Of a stretch of 64,000 nt of DNA, positions 29,826 to 39,273 are shown piece after piece. The stretch spans positions 3,712,001-3,776,000 of the forward strand of contig OY760907.1 of the NCBI GenBank assembly GCA_963664195.1, given 5' to 3'. Origin of the DNA: an uncultured candidate division Zixibacteria bacterium (GTDB taxonomy: Bacteria; Zixibacteria; MSB-5A5; GN15; FEB-12). The stretch's first letter is position 1. The number at the start of each line of letters is the position of its first letter. The notes below the pieces were generated by a model. That model made no database searches, was not told the DNA's origin, and was given only the letters and a program-made list of their open reading frames with translations. Both the position numbers and the translations under genes were made by a program.

Positions 29826-30515
29826 CTATTCTTCTTCCGCCTCAATGTCTGTCCATTTCAAAGAAGTAATGACCGGTGTCACCTCGGACAGAACCGATTC
29901 GAAATACGGCCACTCGGCGATCAGATGAAACAGGTAGATATGGTCGTGGTGTTTGACCACAAAAATCGCACCACCATACGAATCCCTGACAACTTTGACA
30001 GCGGTCGAACCGGCCGAAGTGGATACTTGCTGTCTATACTTGGCCTGCCCCTGCCAAAGCACTCCGGATTCACCGTCGATCTCGATACGTCCCCGCCCCT
30101 TGGCCAGTACATCGCCCTGCAGGATATCGGTCCGCTGAAGAATCTCGAATTCCTTCAGGATATCGCTCTTCTGATCCGACTTGTAGTCATCGCTCAGGAG
30201 CGAGTCCAGGAACGTATGCAGATGCATTGAAGTGGTGTCCACGTAGACGCTCACTTTCGGAATCTTGGCGTAGTCCGGAACGGCCACGAATTGATTCGGA
30301 ATCGCATAATTGTTCTGCATGAGAGTCAGACGCAGCTTTTCTTTGTCTTTCTTGATGCTCGGTTTCCAGTTGTCATGCATCGTCATCTGGAAGGGGAACT
30401 GGGCGTCCGTATAGACGTCGTTCTTGATTTTGCCCGCCTTTTTTGTCTTCCGGCCCGCATTCACGACCGGTACCATCATCAACACCGCAATTGCGACCAA
30501 TAGAAGTCTCTTCAT
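29826..30515 (-). CDS. Secreted hypothetical protein, possibly PsbP/Mog1-like fold
   Basis: Start moved to MKRLLLVAIA (GGAG upstream); FQMTMHDNW, IDGESG and a terminal helix plus SLKW. Confidence 0.55.
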   Translation of the reverse strand: MKRLLLVAIAVLMMVPVVNAGRKTKKAGKIKNDVYTDAQFPFQMTMHDNWKPSIKKDKEKLRLTLMQNNYAIPNQFVAVPDYAKIPKVSVYVDTTSMHLHTFLDSLLSDDYKSDQKSDILKEFEILQRTDILQGDVLAKGRGRIEIDGESGVLWQGQAKYRQQVSTSAGSTAVKVVRDSYGGAIFVVKHHDHIYLFHLIAEWPYFESVLSEVTPVITSLKWTDIEAEEE

Positions 30516-30676
30516 GGGGATTCTCCTCGTCCTCATAACCCTGTCATTCTCTCCTCGGTCTAACATTCGTTCTTTATACCCATTAGTCAAGGATTTATTC
30601 CCAAAGACGCAGGAGATCGTGTCCACAATCGGGTTGTTCAAGTAGTCAAAGAGATTGGTACAGAACGGATTACAGT

Positions 30677-31546
30677 CTATCGCTCGAATCCGATACGGCT
30701 TCGTGTAGCAAGGCGGATGTGATTGCGCATGGTAGTGAATTCGAACTCACCGATCAGGCGATCCAACTTCTGTTCAAACACGGAGGTTGAACCGCGCATG
30801 CGGAGGCGCTGAAGGTAGGTCATACCCGGAATTTCAGGGGGATCAGGATCGAATTCCCACGGATGGACGTACGCCACAACCGGTTGCCCCTGATGGTTAA
30901 GTTTGCGTATCATGCGCCGCGAGTACCAGTAGGGTGAGTGCCGAAGATACCCGCCGCCACCGAGCGGAATGTTCTGTCCAAAGAACCGCTGGGTCGAGGC
31001 CGGGAACTCGAACAGATAATTGCCATTGCTGGTTTTGAGCTTGTGGAGCGTGCGCGGTCCGGTCGGCATGCCGTAGAGATCGTGTTTGATCGGGAAAATC
31101 GAGCTGTCGTATTCAAATCCGAGATCAGAGAGTATGTCGAAAGCCCACGGTACGGTATTGTTGATCGACCAACTCGGCGCACGGTAGCCAATCGGACGGC
31201 TGCGTAGCGGTTTGGATATTGCCTCAAGTGCGCGCTCAGTATCCTCTCGGAATTCCTCCGGGGTCAGCGAATCAACCTGAATATGCCGATAGCTGTGGCA
31301 GCCAATCTCATGCCCGGAATCGGCGATGCGACGAATAAGGTCAGGATGCTGTTCGGCGCACCATCCCAGTATGAACCATGTGGCGGTCACCTGGTTTCGT
31401 GCGAAGAGCTTCAAGAGGCGAATACAGTTGCGTTCCAGAGTGGATTCCAGCGAAGGCCAGTCTTCAAACCGGTACCTGCTGGCGAGGGCTTCTACGACAA
31501 ACCACTCCTCGAGGTCCACGGTCAGAACGTTAAACAGCGTACTCAT
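30677..31546 (-). CDS. Polysaccharide deacetylase (CE4 + DUF3473 type)
   Basis: TVDLEEWF, GHEIGCHSYRH, GYRAPSWS, YDSSIFP, GGGYLR and HPWEFDP motifs. Confidence 0.92.
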   Translation of the reverse strand: MSTLFNVLTVDLEEWFVVEALASRYRFEDWPSLESTLERNCIRLLKLFARNQVTATWFILGWCAEQHPDLIRRIADSGHEIGCHSYRHIQVDSLTPEEFREDTERALEAISKPLRSRPIGYRAPSWSINNTVPWAFDILSDLGFEYDSSIFPIKHDLYGMPTGPRTLHKLKTSNGNYLFEFPASTQRFFGQNIPLGGGGYLRHSPYWYSRRMIRKLNHQGQPVVAYVHPWEFDPDPPEIPGMTYLQRLRMRGSTSVFEQKLDRLIGEFEFTTMRNHIRLATRSRIGFER

Positions 31547-31559
31547 GAGTCAGGCCCGA

Positions 31560-32375
31560 CTAGCGGTGAATCTTCTTCTTGTCCGTGGCATCCGTACGGT
31601 CGCCGGCAGATTGGTTCATCGGGCGAGAACCAGCCGGCTTAAGATTCGGATTGGACTTGGATTTCCGCTGACTACCCTTTTCCGGCTTGGGCGAATAGTC
31701 GTAATTGTAATGGGTGTAGTCGTAATAGTACGGAAGAGAACCGTTCACATTATTGAGCACCGCTCCGAGGAGATTCGTCCCTCCCGAGGACATGATCTCA
31801 GCAGCCCGGGCCACAACCTCACGTGCGGTAGCCCCGGCTTTAATGACCAGCAGAGTGCCGTCGACTTCCTGAGCCAGCAACATTGGATCTGAGACCGGGA
31901 TCACCGGAGGCGAATCGATGAAGACGTAATCGTAATAGAATTTCTGCTCTGCAATAAGGGCGCCGATCTGGCGGGCATCAAACAACTCTGTCGGGTTTGG
32001 TGTACTTGCCCCGGCGGTGATAATATCAAGCGTATCGAGCGTCGTTTTCTTGATGACACTCTTTCCTGCCACACCCTCACCGAGGACTTCAGTCAAACCG
32101 TGGCGTCGTTCCACAGTGAAAAGCTTGTGCAGAGTCGGCCTGCGCATATCGCAGTCGATCAGAAGAGTCTTCAGTCCCTTCTTGGCGGCAGTAATCGCCA
32201 GAAGCGAACTGAGTGTAGACTTTCCCTCGCCGGTGGTGGCCGACGTCAACAGAATAGACTTCAACTCGCCCTCCGCTGCGTTTTTCTGAAGATTGTGCAA
32301 CAGCCGACGCAGTTCAGTAGCTATGGGTGATTCCAGACTGTAGTAGTCAGCCAGCGGGACTATATCTCGGGCCAT
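31560..32375 (-). CDS. CpsD/CapB-type bacterial tyrosine kinase (soluble)
   Basis: Walker A GEGKST, IDCDMRRP, IDSPP, and a C-terminal Tyr cluster YYYDYTHYNYDY. Confidence 0.93.
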   Translation of the reverse strand: MARDIVPLADYYSLESPIATELRRLLHNLQKNAAEGELKSILLTSATTGEGKSTLSSLLAITAAKKGLKTLLIDCDMRRPTLHKLFTVERRHGLTEVLGEGVAGKSVIKKTTLDTLDIITAGASTPNPTELFDARQIGALIAEQKFYYDYVFIDSPPVIPVSDPMLLAQEVDGTLLVIKAGATAREVVARAAEIMSSGGTNLLGAVLNNVNGSLPYYYDYTHYNYDYSPKPEKGSQRKSKSNPNLKPAGSRPMNQSAGDRTDATDKKKIHR

Positions 32376-32385
32376 AGGCGGTATC

Positions 32386-33510
32386 TCACCCTTTCTCGGT
32401 CATCTTACGGATTGTTTCGTTTAGACGCGGCGAAATACTGCTCGCGGCCTCCAGCGCCTGAGTCACCCAGCCAAGAGCCCCGTTCATTTCTGACGTTTTT
32501 TCGAGCTGTTTGACGCCCTTCTGCCAGATCAAGCGCGACTTCTCAAGATAGCACTGGGCCAGTTCCGCCTGAAGGTCTACGTAGCTGGGGTTTCTTTGCA
32601 GTTCTTTTTCAAGAAATACGATCCGATCCTCCACCGCTTTTTCCGTCACCCAGCCGGGATACAGCACAAAACGCATGTAGAAGGTGGCAAACTCAAGCCG
32701 TCGCTCTTCCTTGCGTTGCTCGCGAACACCTTTGAGCAGGTTCAGGCATTGCGCAAAATCATGGCCTTGCAGCGCCCTGAGTCCGTTCTCGAAGCCGGAC
32801 CGCTCCTGGATGCCCGGCTCGATCATCGAAGCTCGATTTAAGCATTCCGTAATTCGATTCACGGCCACATTCTTGTCGAACCCCACTCCTCCGGTGACCG
32901 CTCTCAGCACGTGAGCCAGCCCGAGATTGAAATAGGCGTCAGCATAGTACATATTGACGCTTACCGCCTGCTCGAATTCCCTGATTGCCTCATCCGGTTG
33001 TCCGTTGGACAAGAACGCCTCTCCCAGATTGTTGCGGAAATCGGCATAGCCAGGACGACCCTCGACAGCCCTGGTGCAAGCAGCAACGGCATCCTCGGTT
33101 CGTCCCATTGCCAGGTAGGTCAACCCGAGATGGTTGTAGGCCTGGTGTGCACTCGGATCGACGCAGACGACAGAGTCGAAAAGCTCAACGGCTTCTGCGT
33201 ACAGTTTTTTGTAGAAGAAGGCAGTCCCGAGTTGATACAACGCTTCGGAATCAGCGCCCGACATGATCTGTTTGAAGGCCTTCAGTAGTACTTCGATTTC
33301 CTTCTTCTTCTCACCGTGGGCGGCTTTTACCAGCGAAAGCACTTCTTCCGGATTGATCTCCGACGGGTGCGGACACCTCACGGTATCAGTCTGGCGACCG
33401 TCGACATACACCGATGTCATGACCGACCCCTCGCTGATATCGTTCGTGGTCTGGATCAGGTATTCCCTGTCCTGTTCTCTCAGTTTGCTGCTCAGGCGAT
33501 ATGTTTCCAT
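32386..33510 (-). CDS. Cytoplasmic TPR protein with a small N-terminal beta domain
   Basis: ALYQLG, AYNHLG, YADFRNNLG and YADAYFNLG TPR motifs; no signal peptide. Confidence 0.85.
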   Translation of the reverse strand: METYRLSSKLREQDREYLIQTTNDISEGSVMTSVYVDGRQTDTVRCPHPSEINPEEVLSLVKAAHGEKKKEIEVLLKAFKQIMSGADSEALYQLGTAFFYKKLYAEAVELFDSVVCVDPSAHQAYNHLGLTYLAMGRTEDAVAACTRAVEGRPGYADFRNNLGEAFLSNGQPDEAIREFEQAVSVNMYYADAYFNLGLAHVLRAVTGGVGFDKNVAVNRITECLNRASMIEPGIQERSGFENGLRALQGHDFAQCLNLLKGVREQRKEERRLEFATFYMRFVLYPGWVTEKAVEDRIVFLEKELQRNPSYVDLQAELAQCYLEKSRLIWQKGVKQLEKTSEMNGALGWVTQALEAASSISPRLNETIRKMTEKG

Positions 33511-33545
33511 GTACTCATCAGCCTTCCTGCCTCCCGGGACAGTTC

Positions 33546-34517
33546 TTAGTTCCCCTTGATCCGGTCATAAAGAAGAACGGCGGTCCCAAGGGCGCCAACG
33601 GCCGTAGCAATGCCACCTATGCCGGATCCGAAGAAACCTGTGCCCCGTGCGGGCACGTAAATCAAATCTTCTTTCTGCACGAAATACCGGGCAGGCATTC
33701 CTTTTTCGCTGTATTTGGCAAGGTCAAAATTGACCGTCTGGGAATAATATCCGTCTTTGATCACCAGTTGAATATCTTTCGTATTCGCTTCAATCGTCGT
33801 CCCACCGGCCATAGCTATCGCCTCGGCAACATCGAGATTCTTCTCGTAAGCAATTGTACCGGGCGTGGTCACCGCACCGAACACATAAACCACCGGTTTT
33901 TTCTCTGCCCCCATGCCCAACTCAGTACCCATCGCCATGCCGGGCGTCCTGGGCAGCTCGATAGTGTCCTGGCGACGGATCTTGGGCAGCTTCTCAATCC
34001 GGGCGTTGGCAATCGCCTCGGAGACGTTCACTATTTCCACTTTGCCGGCATCCTTGCCGCCGCGGAGGATCGCCACACGTGTCAGGTCACCGGCAGGCCC
34101 GACACCACCGGACTCGTTGATGATTGTCCAGAGGTCCGGTATCTCTTCAAACGTCTTCTTGCCCGGCAGGTTCACCTGACCGATGACATAGACGTAATTG
34201 TAGTTATACTCCACGACCCTTACCGTCGCCTGAGAAACTTCCTTATTCAGACGCGACATCGCCCGTGCAATGTCATTCTGGAGTTCCGTGGTGGTCTTCC
34301 CGGAAGCCACGATCGGTCCTACGATATCAAGCGTGATTTTGCCGTCCAATCCCACCTTCACCTGAGCGTCGAGATCGCGCGCTTGAAAGAAACTGATCGA
34401 CAGAACATCGCCCGGCCCGATCACATACTCGGCAGCTCGAAGGGTCCCTCCGGCGAGCCAGCAAATCGCCAGTAGAACAAGTGCAGTGGCGATTCCGGTG
34501 CGTTGTTGTTTCTTCAT
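33546..34517 (-). CDS. Polysaccharide biosynthesis/export (Wza-like, OPX) protein with two SLBB domains
   Basis: EYVIGPGDVLSI, VGLDGKITL, VYVIGQVNLPG and VYVFGAVTTPG...AIAMAGG; start moved to MKKQQR. Confidence 0.9.
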   Translation of the reverse strand: MKKQQRTGIATALVLLAICWLAGGTLRAAEYVIGPGDVLSISFFQARDLDAQVKVGLDGKITLDIVGPIVASGKTTTELQNDIARAMSRLNKEVSQATVRVVEYNYNYVYVIGQVNLPGKKTFEEIPDLWTIINESGGVGPAGDLTRVAILRGGKDAGKVEIVNVSEAIANARIEKLPKIRRQDTIELPRTPGMAMGTELGMGAEKKPVVYVFGAVTTPGTIAYEKNLDVAEAIAMAGGTTIEANTKDIQLVIKDGYYSQTVNFDLAKYSEKGMPARYFVQKEDLIYVPARGTGFFGSGIGGIATAVGALGTAVLLYDRIKGN

Positions 34518-34674
34518 GGTTTTATACTCTCCAGTATGACTCTTGTAATACCAAATCGGCAGTTTTTCCAATAAGATTAATTACGAAATATAGACCCGCC
34601 TCAAACAGGAGTAAAGGCTAAAAACTGAGCCCCTTTTGTGACTATAGTGCTTCTGATCCCGATATGTACGTAAC

Positions 34675-36291
34675 CTAGAACAGGAGGTACCGGTTCCGGC
34701 CGCCTTCTTTTGCACGCAACAGGGCCATGTCGGCCGCAAAGATCAGTTGCTCGGCGTCGGTGCCATGCTCGGGGAATACCGCTCCTCCCTGGGATATCGT
34801 GCAAACGAGGTCGGTTTCGGTCTGTCCGATCTCGAATGACGTCCGTGATATCTTACTCTGCAACCGTCCCATGAACTGCATACAGGTGCTGCTGTCGGAT
34901 TCCGGCATAATCACACAGAATTCGTCTCCGCCAAAACGGGCGGTAACGTCGATAGAGCGGATTGACCTTCGAAGCACCTCTCCCAGGCGACGGATAATGG
35001 CATCCCCTGCTTGATGGCCGAATCTGTCATTGATGTACTTAAGCTCGTCCAAATCGAGGATTATAAGTCCAAGCGAGCGGCGATATCTTCGGGCGCGCCC
35101 GATTTCCTCATCGAGCCTCTTGTTGAAGTATCTTCGGTTGGCAAGACCGGTCAGATTGTCCGTGTACGACTCCTCCTGCACTCTCTCGAATGATTCCGCG
35201 TTTTCCATCAACTCCGTGCAGGAGAGACCGTGCATTCGCAGTCGGGAGAGCACTGCTTCGGGGGCGCGAGCATCACTCCAGGCCAGCAGACCGGATCGGT
35301 GCGCGGAAACTGGAAACGAGGTCATGTATTTCAGCCCGGCTTCCTGCAGTTTACTACTCAACTCGGTCACCTGAGTCGTCGCAGCAGAGAGGTCGGCCAC
35401 GTGCTCTGAATTTCCGCCGCTCAGTTGAGCAATGAGCTGCTCGAAATCCGGGCGTGGAGGCGAGACAATTGACCCCGCGACCCCGTGTTTCACCACACAC
35501 ACCGGCGCAGTGACTTCCTTGGACTCATACATGAAAGCGAACTGTTCGAGTTCGAGATCCTTGCGCACCTCATCGATGATCTTACTGACGAGTGTCTCGG
35601 AGTTTCGATGACGCACCAGTTTGAGTACCCCCACTGGTGTAGCGGGCAAGCCCCTGTCCATCTTTCTGGAGGCTTCCTCAAGTTCCGCGGTCCGCTCTTC
35701 CAGCCGCTCCAATTTCTCTTCCTGATCCTTCACATGGAAAGCCACCGACAGGGATTGTGCCAGAGTAGAGATAATAATCCTGAACGAGGCTGTGTCAGTC
35801 CTCAGACGACTGTGAATGAAATACAGACCGTACAGTTCTTCGCGCCAAATTATCGGAAAATAGTGCGTGCATCGCCATTGTCGAAGCTGACTGTACACAT
35901 CGCCGGGAAGCAGCGATTCCAGATCGCGAACGGAAGCGGGGTGACCCCGATTCGTCAGCTCGACCGTCAACTCGGGAGTAATGGGAATCCTCGGCAGGCC
36001 GCCCGAGCTGTCGGTCTTATACTTGTGGTTCAATTCCAGATAGTGACGCTCTTTGCGGAAGAAGACCACCTTCTCACAGGCACAGGCATTCCTCAACAAG
36101 TCTGATGCCTTTTCAGCAACAACCTGCACGGATCCCTCGAGACTATTCAGTCTGAGAAAATCTGAGAAGTCGTCCTGGTTCATCCTCGAGATGACGGCCG
36201 TCTGGTGCTCCGAACGGCGTAATTTGATCAATAATACCAAAAGGATGGAAACCAGCACGACCAGAGCTGTAATCCACACGGTCCAATACAT
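34675..36291 (-). CDS. Membrane-anchored diguanylate cyclase (TM + GAF-like region + GGDEF)
   Basis: DNLTGLANRR, KYINDRFGHQAGD, and RSID (I-site RxxD) followed by RFGGDEF. Confidence 0.93.
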   Translation of the reverse strand: MYWTVWITALVVLVSILLVLLIKLRRSEHQTAVISRMNQDDFSDFLRLNSLEGSVQVVAEKASDLLRNACACEKVVFFRKERHYLELNHKYKTDSSGGLPRIPITPELTVELTNRGHPASVRDLESLLPGDVYSQLRQWRCTHYFPIIWREELYGLYFIHSRLRTDTASFRIIISTLAQSLSVAFHVKDQEEKLERLEERTAELEEASRKMDRGLPATPVGVLKLVRHRNSETLVSKIIDEVRKDLELEQFAFMYESKEVTAPVCVVKHGVAGSIVSPPRPDFEQLIAQLSGGNSEHVADLSAATTQVTELSSKLQEAGLKYMTSFPVSAHRSGLLAWSDARAPEAVLSRLRMHGLSCTELMENAESFERVQEESYTDNLTGLANRRYFNKRLDEEIGRARRYRRSLGLIILDLDELKYINDRFGHQAGDAIIRRLGEVLRRSIRSIDVTARFGGDEFCVIMPESDSSTCMQFMGRLQSKISRTSFEIGQTETDLVCTISQGGAVFPEHGTDAEQLIFAADMALLRAKEGGRNRYLLF

Positions 36292-36367
36292 GACCGAAGC
36301 CCCACCTACGGTTTCTTATCTATCTATAAACTAACGATTTAACGAAATCTGTCAACAAAAACGCTTG

Positions 36368-36661
36368 TCAGGACCGGCCCCACGCATATCTGAATCTAGA
36401 CTTTTTACGTAGCAAACCGTGCCTTTTGAGAATACGAAAGACTCTCCACCAACCGGCTTTTTCTCCGGAGTTGTGCTGAGCGTACTCTTTGCGGATCTCA
36501 GAGATCGAAACAAAAGGATCGTTTTTGACCATTTGAAGGGCAAAAACCTCTATGCCATCGCCAGAATCAAGTGTAAGCGGCTCGTCATTTAGAATTGACT
36601 GCGGCGCAGAACCGGTGTCCGACAGGTTGTCAATGACCCTTACTCGTCCTGCGGTGGGCTT
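36368..36661 (-). CDS. -1-frame extension of the STAS gene: linker + HTH-like domain (97 codons)
   Basis: Stop-free frame from the A10 run to TGA 36368: KPTAGRVRVIDN...IEVFALQMVKNDPFVSISEIRKEY...GWWRVFRILKRHGLLRKKSRFRY. Confidence 0.7.
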   Translation of the reverse strand, partial: KPTAGRVRVIDNLSDTGSAPQSILNDEPLTLDSGDGIEVFALQMVKNDPFVSISEIRKEYAQHNSGEKAGWWRVFRILKRHGLLRKKSRFRYAWGRS

Positions 36662-37041
36662 TTTTTTTTGTCGGTCGGCTCAAGATCGGCGGCGAAGTTC
36701 TCCACCGCATCATCAAGTGAAGTATACACCTGCAGAACCTTGTCGAACTCAAGCAATTCAAAAATCTCGTGTACGTCGGAGGTCATGTTGGCGAGTTTGA
36801 TATCGCCGTCTTCGGACCGCACGTCTTTGATATGTGAGATGAATATCCCCCACCCGGCAGACGAGATATAGTCCACACCGGCCAGATCAATCACGATTTT
36901 GTACCGATTGCGACGAAGCAGTGAATCTATCACCTGCTCCAGTTCCGTGGCAGTCAACGTGTCGATAACGCCGTCGATTCGGACTTCCGAGACATTGCGG
37001 TCGTGACCGCCCTCGGACAACGATATGCTGATATTCTCCAT
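36640..37041 (-). CDS. STAS-domain anti-sigma-factor antagonist (RsbV/SpoIIAA-like)
   Basis: GVIDTLTA and IVIDLAGVDYISSAGWG (phospho-acceptor Ser region); the 0 frame stops 6 codons after the lysine codons of an A10 run. Confidence 0.92.
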   Translation of the reverse strand: MENISISLSEGGHDRNVSEVRIDGVIDTLTATELEQVIDSLLRRNRYKIVIDLAGVDYISSAGWGIFISHIKDVRSEDGDIKLANMTSDVHEIFELLEFDKVLQVYTSLDDAVENFAADLEPTDKKKSPPQDE

Positions 37042-37165
37042 ACTCAGACACCAATACGTGGGGCCGCCAACGCAGCTATCGTACGCATTTGCGCACGAGC
37101 CGTCTCGAGCAACCAGTCCCTTAAGAAGGCAATCCGAAGGTCAAAAGGCAACTACTAATTTGAGA

Positions 37166-39214
37166 TCAGGTATTCTTGTCGTGATCGCCGAAGTGTTCAA
37201 TTGTCTGGCTGTCGATCACCGTTCCCTCGCCGGCCCCTGACTCCTCCTCGGTCACCGGCACGGTCCGCGCAAGCACAAAAGTGACATCGTCCCGTTGATG
37301 GGCAAACCCGGCGAAACCGTCGAGTTCGTCGACTATCGCCTGAGAGATATCTTTGATGCCCATCGGCTCACGGTTTTTCAGCTTGGCCTGAAGGAAATCA
37401 GCGAGGCGGTCCACACCATACTGCTTACCTTCGCGATTAACCGCCTCGGTGATGCCGTCGGTATAGATAAAAAAGAGGTCGCCCTCGTCCAACGCGAGTT
37501 CCATTTCTTCGAGCGTGTCCCCGAACCCCTGATCCATGGTGGCCGGCACTCCGAGAGGCATGCCGGACGGGTTGAGTTTTACAACTTTGCGCGTCCCTGC
37601 TTTGAACAGCAGCAGCGGATTATGACCGGCCGACACGAAATTGAAGGTCCGCGATTCGGAATCGAATATCCCCATCAGCACCGTAATGAACATTCCTTTG
37701 GGCATGTTGCCGGTAAGGTATTCATCAACCGATATCAGCGTCGCCCGGGCCGAGATCGCCCCTCTCGAATATATCTTGATAACCGTCCTTAACATGGACA
37801 TCACCAGCGAGGCCGGTACGCCCTTGCCGGAGACATCAGCCACAATGACACAGCATCGTTTTTCGTCGATCTCGAAGACATCGTAGAGATCCCCGCCGAT
37901 GATCGAGGCAGCCCTGTAGAACGCGGCAACCTCGAGCCCGGGGCGCTGCGGCAGGTTGCGTGGCAGGAGCATCTGTTGAATCTGCGAAGCCACTTCGAGT
38001 TCCTTGGCCATCTTCTCACGTTCAATCTCCGCCTCTCGATCCCGACGGATACGCGTCATCATTTCGTTCAGAGCGCTTGAGATTTCAAAGAACTCATCGG
38101 CACCTTCAAGGGGCAGCTCACTTTCGAGATCGCCGGACGAGAACCGCCGTACTCTGCGAGTGATATTGACAATCGGTTTCACGAAATGGTTCGACAGCAG
38201 ATAGATGCCGAGAATACCGAACAGAATCAGCAGGCCGGTGACCTTGATAATATTCTCTCGCGACTCGGACAGGCGGGCCAGCACGGGTGCCGAGGAGTAG
38301 GTCAGATGCACCGCTCCCAGGCTCCGTTCGCCGGTCTTGATCGGAAGCTCCAGGTAATTGACTTCCTCTCCATTGATTAGCGTCCGCTGAGGCGTACCAA
38401 AATGTCCGGGGCGGACGAATCCGGGATAAGTATATCGATTACGGATATTGTGGATATCATCGGAGTGAGCGACAATCGTGTGAACGCTGTCAGTCAACAC
38501 GATCCGTCGAAGCACGCGGTTAGAGTTGTAGTACGAGATTACCAGTTCGTCGAATTCCACGTCACTTCGGCTGTTAATAGTATACAGCGCGGCTTGTTCG
38601 GCGATAGTCATACCGAGAGCACGGACAGTATTGTCGAGGTTAGAGTATATCTCTCGATTGGTGCGATCTTGAATGTAGTAGAACGCGCCGCCAATAATCA
38701 CCGATACAATGAAGAACGTCCAGAGGGAAAACTTTGCGCGCAGAGTGAACATCCTGCGAAGCAACGGGGCGGCCTCTTTGTGGGCTTGCGAACCGAGGCG
38801 CTTGGTCATACGGAGTTCGTTCTGATTCGTCCCCGACACGTACTCGACTGAATCCATGATCTTCTGGATCATGTAGAAACCGAGGCCGCCGCGTCTGCCG
38901 GACTCGACCAGCCTTTCGAGGTCCAGCTTGCCACTCCCGTCGGGACGGAAAGATCGGCCGTTGTCAATGAGAGAGAAAACAAGCAGCTTTGAATAAATGA
39001 CGATGCGCAGCCTCAGCGTGCCCTTTTCGTACAGATAGGCATGCCGGATGATGTTTGTCGCCCCTTCTTCGATGGCAAGCAAGACCGCCTGAGTGTCTTT
39101 GCGTGCCATACCTGCCGATGAACAGGCCTCACGCACGGTGCGCTGGATGCTGTCAAGGTATTTCTCCTCGGCAAGAAACTCGGCGTTTATCTCTTTAGTA
39201 GGGCGACGAAACAT
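37166..39214 (-). CDS. Fused RsbW-like Ser kinase - TM - extracytoplasmic sensor - TM - HAMP - SpoIIE/RsbU PP2C phosphatase
   Basis: Kinase: EEGATNIIRHAY, DNGRSF, GGLGFYMIQKIMD. HAMP: KPIVNIT...DEFFEISSALNEM. PP2C: GGDLYD, ADVSGKG, AGHNP, YTDGITEA, DDVT. Start at 39214 (MFRRP). Confidence 0.93.
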   Translation of the reverse strand: MFRRPTKEINAEFLAEEKYLDSIQRTVREACSSAGMARKDTQAVLLAIEEGATNIIRHAYLYEKGTLRLRIVIYSKLLVFSLIDNGRSFRPDGSGKLDLERLVESGRRGGLGFYMIQKIMDSVEYVSGTNQNELRMTKRLGSQAHKEAAPLLRRMFTLRAKFSLWTFFIVSVIIGGAFYYIQDRTNREIYSNLDNTVRALGMTIAEQAALYTINSRSDVEFDELVISYYNSNRVLRRIVLTDSVHTIVAHSDDIHNIRNRYTYPGFVRPGHFGTPQRTLINGEEVNYLELPIKTGERSLGAVHLTYSSAPVLARLSESRENIIKVTGLLILFGILGIYLLSNHFVKPIVNITRRVRRFSSGDLESELPLEGADEFFEISSALNEMMTRIRRDREAEIEREKMAKELEVASQIQQMLLPRNLPQRPGLEVAAFYRAASIIGGDLYDVFEIDEKRCCVIVADVSGKGVPASLVMSMLRTVIKIYSRGAISARATLISVDEYLTGNMPKGMFITVLMGIFDSESRTFNFVSAGHNPLLLFKAGTRKVVKLNPSGMPLGVPATMDQGFGDTLEEMELALDEGDLFFIYTDGITEAVNREGKQYGVDRLADFLQAKLKNREPMGIKDISQAIVDELDGFAGFAHQRDDVTFVLARTVPVTEEESGAGEGTVIDSQTIEHFGDHDKNT

Positions 39215-39273
39215 AATGCAAGGTACTCGCGCGGGGCGCGGAAACACTAGTTAAAAAGTAAAAAGGGGAAGGC

